Shown piece after piece: positions 16,969 to 20,000 of a DNA stretch of 20,000 nt (positions within the stretch are counted from its first letter, which is position 1; the number at the start of each line of letters is the position of its first letter). This DNA comes from an uncultured virus (IMG/VR IMGVR_UViG_3300045902_000304). Lineage: Duplodnaviria; Heunggongvirae; Uroviricota; Caudoviricetes. Where the stretch lies: IMG/VR virus record IMGVR_UViG_3300045902_000304; one strand, given 5' to 3'. A program made the position numbers and the translations under genes. The notes under the pieces are model-generated. The model saw nothing but the letters and a program-made list of their open reading frames with translations, did not search any database and was not told the DNA's origin.

Positions 16969-17262
16969 CTAAGTACTAATCACGTGCATTGGAATAATTT
17001 TTTTGCCGTTACATACATCGCAGGTTTCAAATATAGCTCCTGAATAGGAAGACCCCATTATCCTGCCTGTTCCATTGCATACAGGGCAACATTGATATGG
17101 AACTACTGTAGCTTTATTTGATGTTGTCCAATCTATTATTTCAGGTTGCTTTGCGTATTCAATGACTTTATATAAATCATCTCTCATTTCATCACGGCAT
17201 TGTTCATTGTATTGTTTTGCCGGATTAGCCAACCACTTTTTTATAAATGCTTCTCTTGTCAT
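16969..17262 (-). CDS. Small protein (97 aa) with a DnaJ-type CxxCxGxG zinc-finger-like motif
   Basis: Contains CPVCNGTG...CDVCNGKK. Likely start is MTREAF at 17262, which overlaps the stop of the upstream 25-aa ORF (ATGA). Confidence 0.7.
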   Translation of the reverse strand: MTREAFIKKWLANPAKQYNEQCRDEMRDDLYKVIEYAKQPEIIDWTTSNKATVVPYQCCPVCNGTGRIMGSSYSGAIFETCDVCNGKKIIPMHVIST

Positions 17263-17336
17263 ATTCCGTGATTCATCAATTTTATGCAATTGGTAAAAAA
17301 AATAGATTCCCTGATTATCAATGTTGGCTTTATCAT
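17259..17336 (-). pseudogene. Truncated remnant of a fifth repeat-protein paralog (25-aa ORF)
   Basis: MIKPTLIIRESIFFTNCIKLMNHGI* compared with paralog N-caps MIKPRLIIRK/R. It is preceded by the same 11-nt spacer (acaatacaacc) found between paralogs B and A. Confidence 0.75.
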
Positions 17337-17347
17337 GGTTGTATTGT

Positions 17348-18061
17348 TTAAATATTAGCCCTGTTGTAGTTTTTACGGGCAAATTCGCAATTCATAATCA
17401 ACCAGCTCACATCTTCATAATCAGGCCGCAAACTCTTATAATACTCCAACATATCAATAGTTTGAGCAAATTCGCAAGTCTCAATCAACCAACGCACATC
17501 TTCATAACTTGGTTTCAACCCCTTGTAATACTCCAACATCTCCGGCGTTTGGGCATATTTGCAAGTCGTTATAAGCCATCTCACATCTTTATAACTTGGC
17601 TTTAAACCCTTGTAATACGCCAACATCTCCTGCGTTTGTGTGTATTCGCAATACCTTATCAAACAGTTTACATCTTTATAACTTGGATTTAAACTCTTGT
17701 AATATGCCAACATCTCCGGCGTTTGGGTATATTCGCAATTCCTTATCAACCAGTTTACATCTTTGTAACTTGGATTTAAACCCTTGTAATACTCCAGCAT
17801 CTCCTCCGTTTGTGCAAACTTGCAAGTCGTTATCAACCATCTAACATCTTCATAACCCGGCTGTAAACTCCTATAATACACCAACATCTCCGACGTTTGA
17901 GCACGCTTGCATTTTCTTATCAACCAACTAACATCTACATATAGCTCACCTCTCTTTTCTATCTCTTTAATTGCATTAAATTCATCCGGTAAATCAGCAT
18001 ATCTATCACAAGGAGTTTCCAGTAAGTCAGTCTTTCTAATTATCAATCTCGGCTTTTTCAT
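17348..18061 (-). CDS. 29-aa repeat protein, paralog A (N-cap 58 + 5 x 29 + C-cap 34 aa)
   Basis: Repeat consensus MLEYYKSLNPSYKDVSWLIxxCEFAQTxE; lengths sum to 237 aa. Confidence 0.92.
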   Translation of the reverse strand: MKKPRLIIRKTDLLETPCDRYADLPDEFNAIKEIEKRGELYVDVSWLIRKCKRAQTSEMLVYYRSLQPGYEDVRWLITTCKFAQTEEMLEYYKGLNPSYKDVNWLIRNCEYTQTPEMLAYYKSLNPSYKDVNCLIRYCEYTQTQEMLAYYKGLKPSYKDVRWLITTCKYAQTPEMLEYYKGLKPSYEDVRWLIETCEFAQTIDMLEYYKSLRPDYEDVSWLIMNCEFARKNYNRANI

Positions 18062-18072
18062 GGTTGTATTGT

Positions 18073-18525
18073 TTAAATATTAATCTTGTTGTAGTTTTCA
18101 CGGACAAAATCACAAGTCTCAATAAGCCAGCTCACATCTTTATCATCCGGGGTTAAACTCCTATAATACTCCAGCATTTCAACGGTTTGTGCAAATTCGC
18201 AATGCCTTATCAGCCAGTTCACATCTTCATAATCTGGATTTAACCCCATATAATACTCCAGCGTCTCCGATGTTTGTGCAAATTTGCAAGTCGCAATCAG
18301 CCAGCTCACATTTTCGTAATCCGGGTTCAACCCCTTGTAATACTCAAACATTTCCTGCGTCTGTGCAATTTTGCAATGCTTTATCAGCCAGCTTACGTCA
18401 TCATACCTATTACCACGCTTCTCTATCTCGGCAACTACATCAAACTCATTAGGTAAATCAGCATATCTATCACAAGGTTTATCCAGTAAGTCAGTCTTTC
18501 TGATTATCAATCTCGGCTTTATCAT
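18073..18525 (-). CDS. 29-aa repeat protein, paralog B (58 + 2 x 29 + 34 aa)
   Basis: Same caps and repeat; 150 aa. Confidence 0.92.
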   Translation of the reverse strand: MIKPRLIIRKTDLLDKPCDRYADLPNEFDVVAEIEKRGNRYDDVSWLIKHCKIAQTQEMFEYYKGLNPDYENVSWLIATCKFAQTSETLEYYMGLNPDYEDVNWLIRHCEFAQTVEMLEYYRSLTPDDKDVSWLIETCDFVRENYNKINI

Positions 18526-18539
18526 GGTCTTTCTATTGT

Positions 18540-19253
18540 TTAAATGCTAACCTTGTTGTAGTTTTCACGGACAAATGTGCAATTCTTTATCAGCCAATTC
18601 ACATTTTTATAACTCGGCTTTAAACTCTTGTAATACGCCAACATATCAGTAATTTGGGCATATTTGCAAAACCTTATCAGTGAACTCACATCTTTATAGC
18701 TCGGATTCAAACTCTTGTAATACTCCAACATTCCCAAAGTCTGTGCAAACTCACAATACCTAATCAGCCAACTCACATCTACATAGCTCGGATTCAAACT
18801 CTTGTAATACTCTATCATCTCCGTAGTTTGAGCAAACTCGCACTCCCTAATAAGCCAACTTACATCTACATAGCTCGGCTTTAAACTCTTGTAATACTCC
18901 AACATCTTTGTGGTCTGTGCTAACTCGCACTCCCTAATAAGCAAACTCACATCTCCATAGTCAGGATTCAAACTCTTGTAATATTCCAGCATCTTTGTGG
19001 TCTGTGCAAACTCGCAATTCCTAATCAGCCAACTAACATCTACATAATCCGGCTTTAAACTCTTGTAATACTCCAGCATTCCCTTAGTCTGTGCTAACTC
19101 GCAATACCTAATAAACCAGTTGACATCCGCATACTTATTACCTCTATTCTCTATCTCTTCAACTACATCAAACTCTTCCGGTAAATCAGCATATCTGTCG
19201 CAAAGCTTTTTGGGCAAGTCGCTTCTCCTGATTATTAATCTTGGTTTTATCAT
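18540..19253 (-). CDS. 29-aa repeat protein, paralog C (58 + 5 x 29 + 34 aa)
   Basis: Same caps and repeat; 237 aa. Confidence 0.92.
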   Translation of the reverse strand: MIKPRLIIRRSDLPKKLCDRYADLPEEFDVVEEIENRGNKYADVNWFIRYCELAQTKGMLEYYKSLKPDYVDVSWLIRNCEFAQTTKMLEYYKSLNPDYGDVSLLIRECELAQTTKMLEYYKSLKPSYVDVSWLIRECEFAQTTEMIEYYKSLNPSYVDVSWLIRYCEFAQTLGMLEYYKSLNPSYKDVSSLIRFCKYAQITDMLAYYKSLKPSYKNVNWLIKNCTFVRENYNKVSI

Positions 19254-19264
19254 TGTTGTATTCT

Positions 19265-19999
19265 TTAAATATTAACCTTGTTATAGTTCTCACGGACAAA
19301 CGTGCAATTCTTTATCAGCCAATTCACATTGTTATCATCCGGTTTCAACCTTTTGTAATACGCCAACATCTCCTTTGTTTGAGCATATTTGCAATCTAAA
19401 ATCAGCCAACTCACATCTTTATAACCCGGCTGCAAACTCTTATAATACTCCAACATCTCCTTTGTTTTAGCATATCTGCAATCTAAAATCAGCCAGCTAA
19501 CATCTTTATAATCTGGCTGCAAACTCTTATAATACTCCAGCATCTCCGGCCTCTGTGCAAATTCGCAATTCGTTATTAGCCATCTTACATCTTTATAACT
19601 CGGCTGCAAACTCTTGTAATACTCCAACATCTCTGACGTTTGTGCATATTTGCAAAAACTTATCAACCAGTTCACATCTTCATAACTCGGGTTCAACCCC
19701 TTGTAATACCCCAACATCTCCGGCGTTTGGGTATATTCACAATTCCTTATCAACCAGTTTACATCTTTATAACTTGGCTTTAAACCCTTGTAATACTCCA
19801 ACATTTCCTCAGTCTGTGCAAACTTGCAAAAACGTATCAGACTGTTCACATTTTCATAACTTGGATTTAACCCCTTGTAAAACGCCAACATCTCATCCGT
19901 CTGTGCAAACTTGCAATTCGTTATCAGCCATCCCGCATCTTCATAATCTGGTTTCAGACTTTTGTAAAACGCCAACATCTCATCCGTCTGTGCAAACTT
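19265..19999 (-). CDS. 29-aa repeat protein, paralog D (at least 7 x 29 + C-cap; 5'-truncated by the window edge)
   Basis: The frame is open to the window end (KFAQTDE precedes the ORF-track Met at 19978). The N-cap is not in the window. Confidence 0.9.
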   Translation of the reverse strand, partial: KFAQTDEMLAFYKSLKPDYEDAGWLITNCKFAQTDEMLAFYKGLNPSYENVNSLIRFCKFAQTEEMLEYYKGLKPSYKDVNWLIRNCEYTQTPEMLGYYKGLNPSYEDVNWLISFCKYAQTSEMLEYYKSLQPSYKDVRWLITNCEFAQRPEMLEYYKSLQPDYKDVSWLILDCRYAKTKEMLEYYKSLQPGYKDVSWLILDCKYAQTKEMLAYYKRLKPDDNNVNWLIKNCTFVRENYNKVNI

Positions 20000-20000
20000 G

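Larger units (their letters stand above)
17348..20000 (-). repeat. Nested repeat array: 87-bp coding units within tandemly duplicated gene + spacer units
   Basis: 26 [WSCL][LF]I-x-x-C motifs by hand count (A 7, B 4, C 7, D 8). Spacers between TAA and ATG are acaatacaacc (twice), acaatagaaagacc and agaatacaaca. Confidence 0.95.

Noticed and set aside
17227..17329. AGCCAAC ... GTTGGCT inverted 7-mer as a possible third attC
   Set aside because: No paired inner arms. Both halves are explained by coding sequence (KWLAN and the paralog stub).
16837..17382. ORF-track N-terminal extensions (starts at 16893 and 17382)
   Set aside because: They run through the decayed attC, or overlap paralog A and the stub. 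The starts at 16836 and 17262 have better context.
17321..18456. + strand ORFs over the repeat array
   Set aside because: Antisense shadows of the 87-bp repeats, with no independent start context or motif.
17348..20000. Possible CRISPR array or non-coding repeat
   Set aside because: The units are contiguous 87-bp in-frame coding repeats with no unique spacers.

Overview
Part of a tailed-phage genome, probably crAss-like or Flavobacteria-phage-like, with a likely Bacteroidota host (TAnnTTTG promoter boxes, A-rich start regions without Shine-Dalgarno sequences). The + strand (1-15942) is a compact virion operon: 5'-truncated portal, Pro/Ala-repeat scaffold-like protein, major capsid protein with its own promoter and terminator, several structural proteins, a 1339-aa tail fibre, a beta-solenoid spike-like protein, a discoidin + clan GH-A glycoside hydrolase and a small membrane protein. 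It converges on a - strand accessory block (16038-20000) with two notable elements. (1) An integron-attC-like cassette series: one intact 136-bp attC-like hairpin, one decayed copy and three GTTAGC cores, each at a gene end. One small gene starts inside the hairpin and stops in the core site. (2) A head-to-tail array of at least four paralogous genes, plus a 25-aa remnant of a fifth. Each is built as N-cap + n x 29-aa (87-bp) repeats + C-cap, with a hypervariable di-residue in every repeat and signs of module exchange between genes. No integrase, reverse transcriptase, tRNA or CRISPR array is visible. All product calls rest on motif recognition and synteny, not on database searches.
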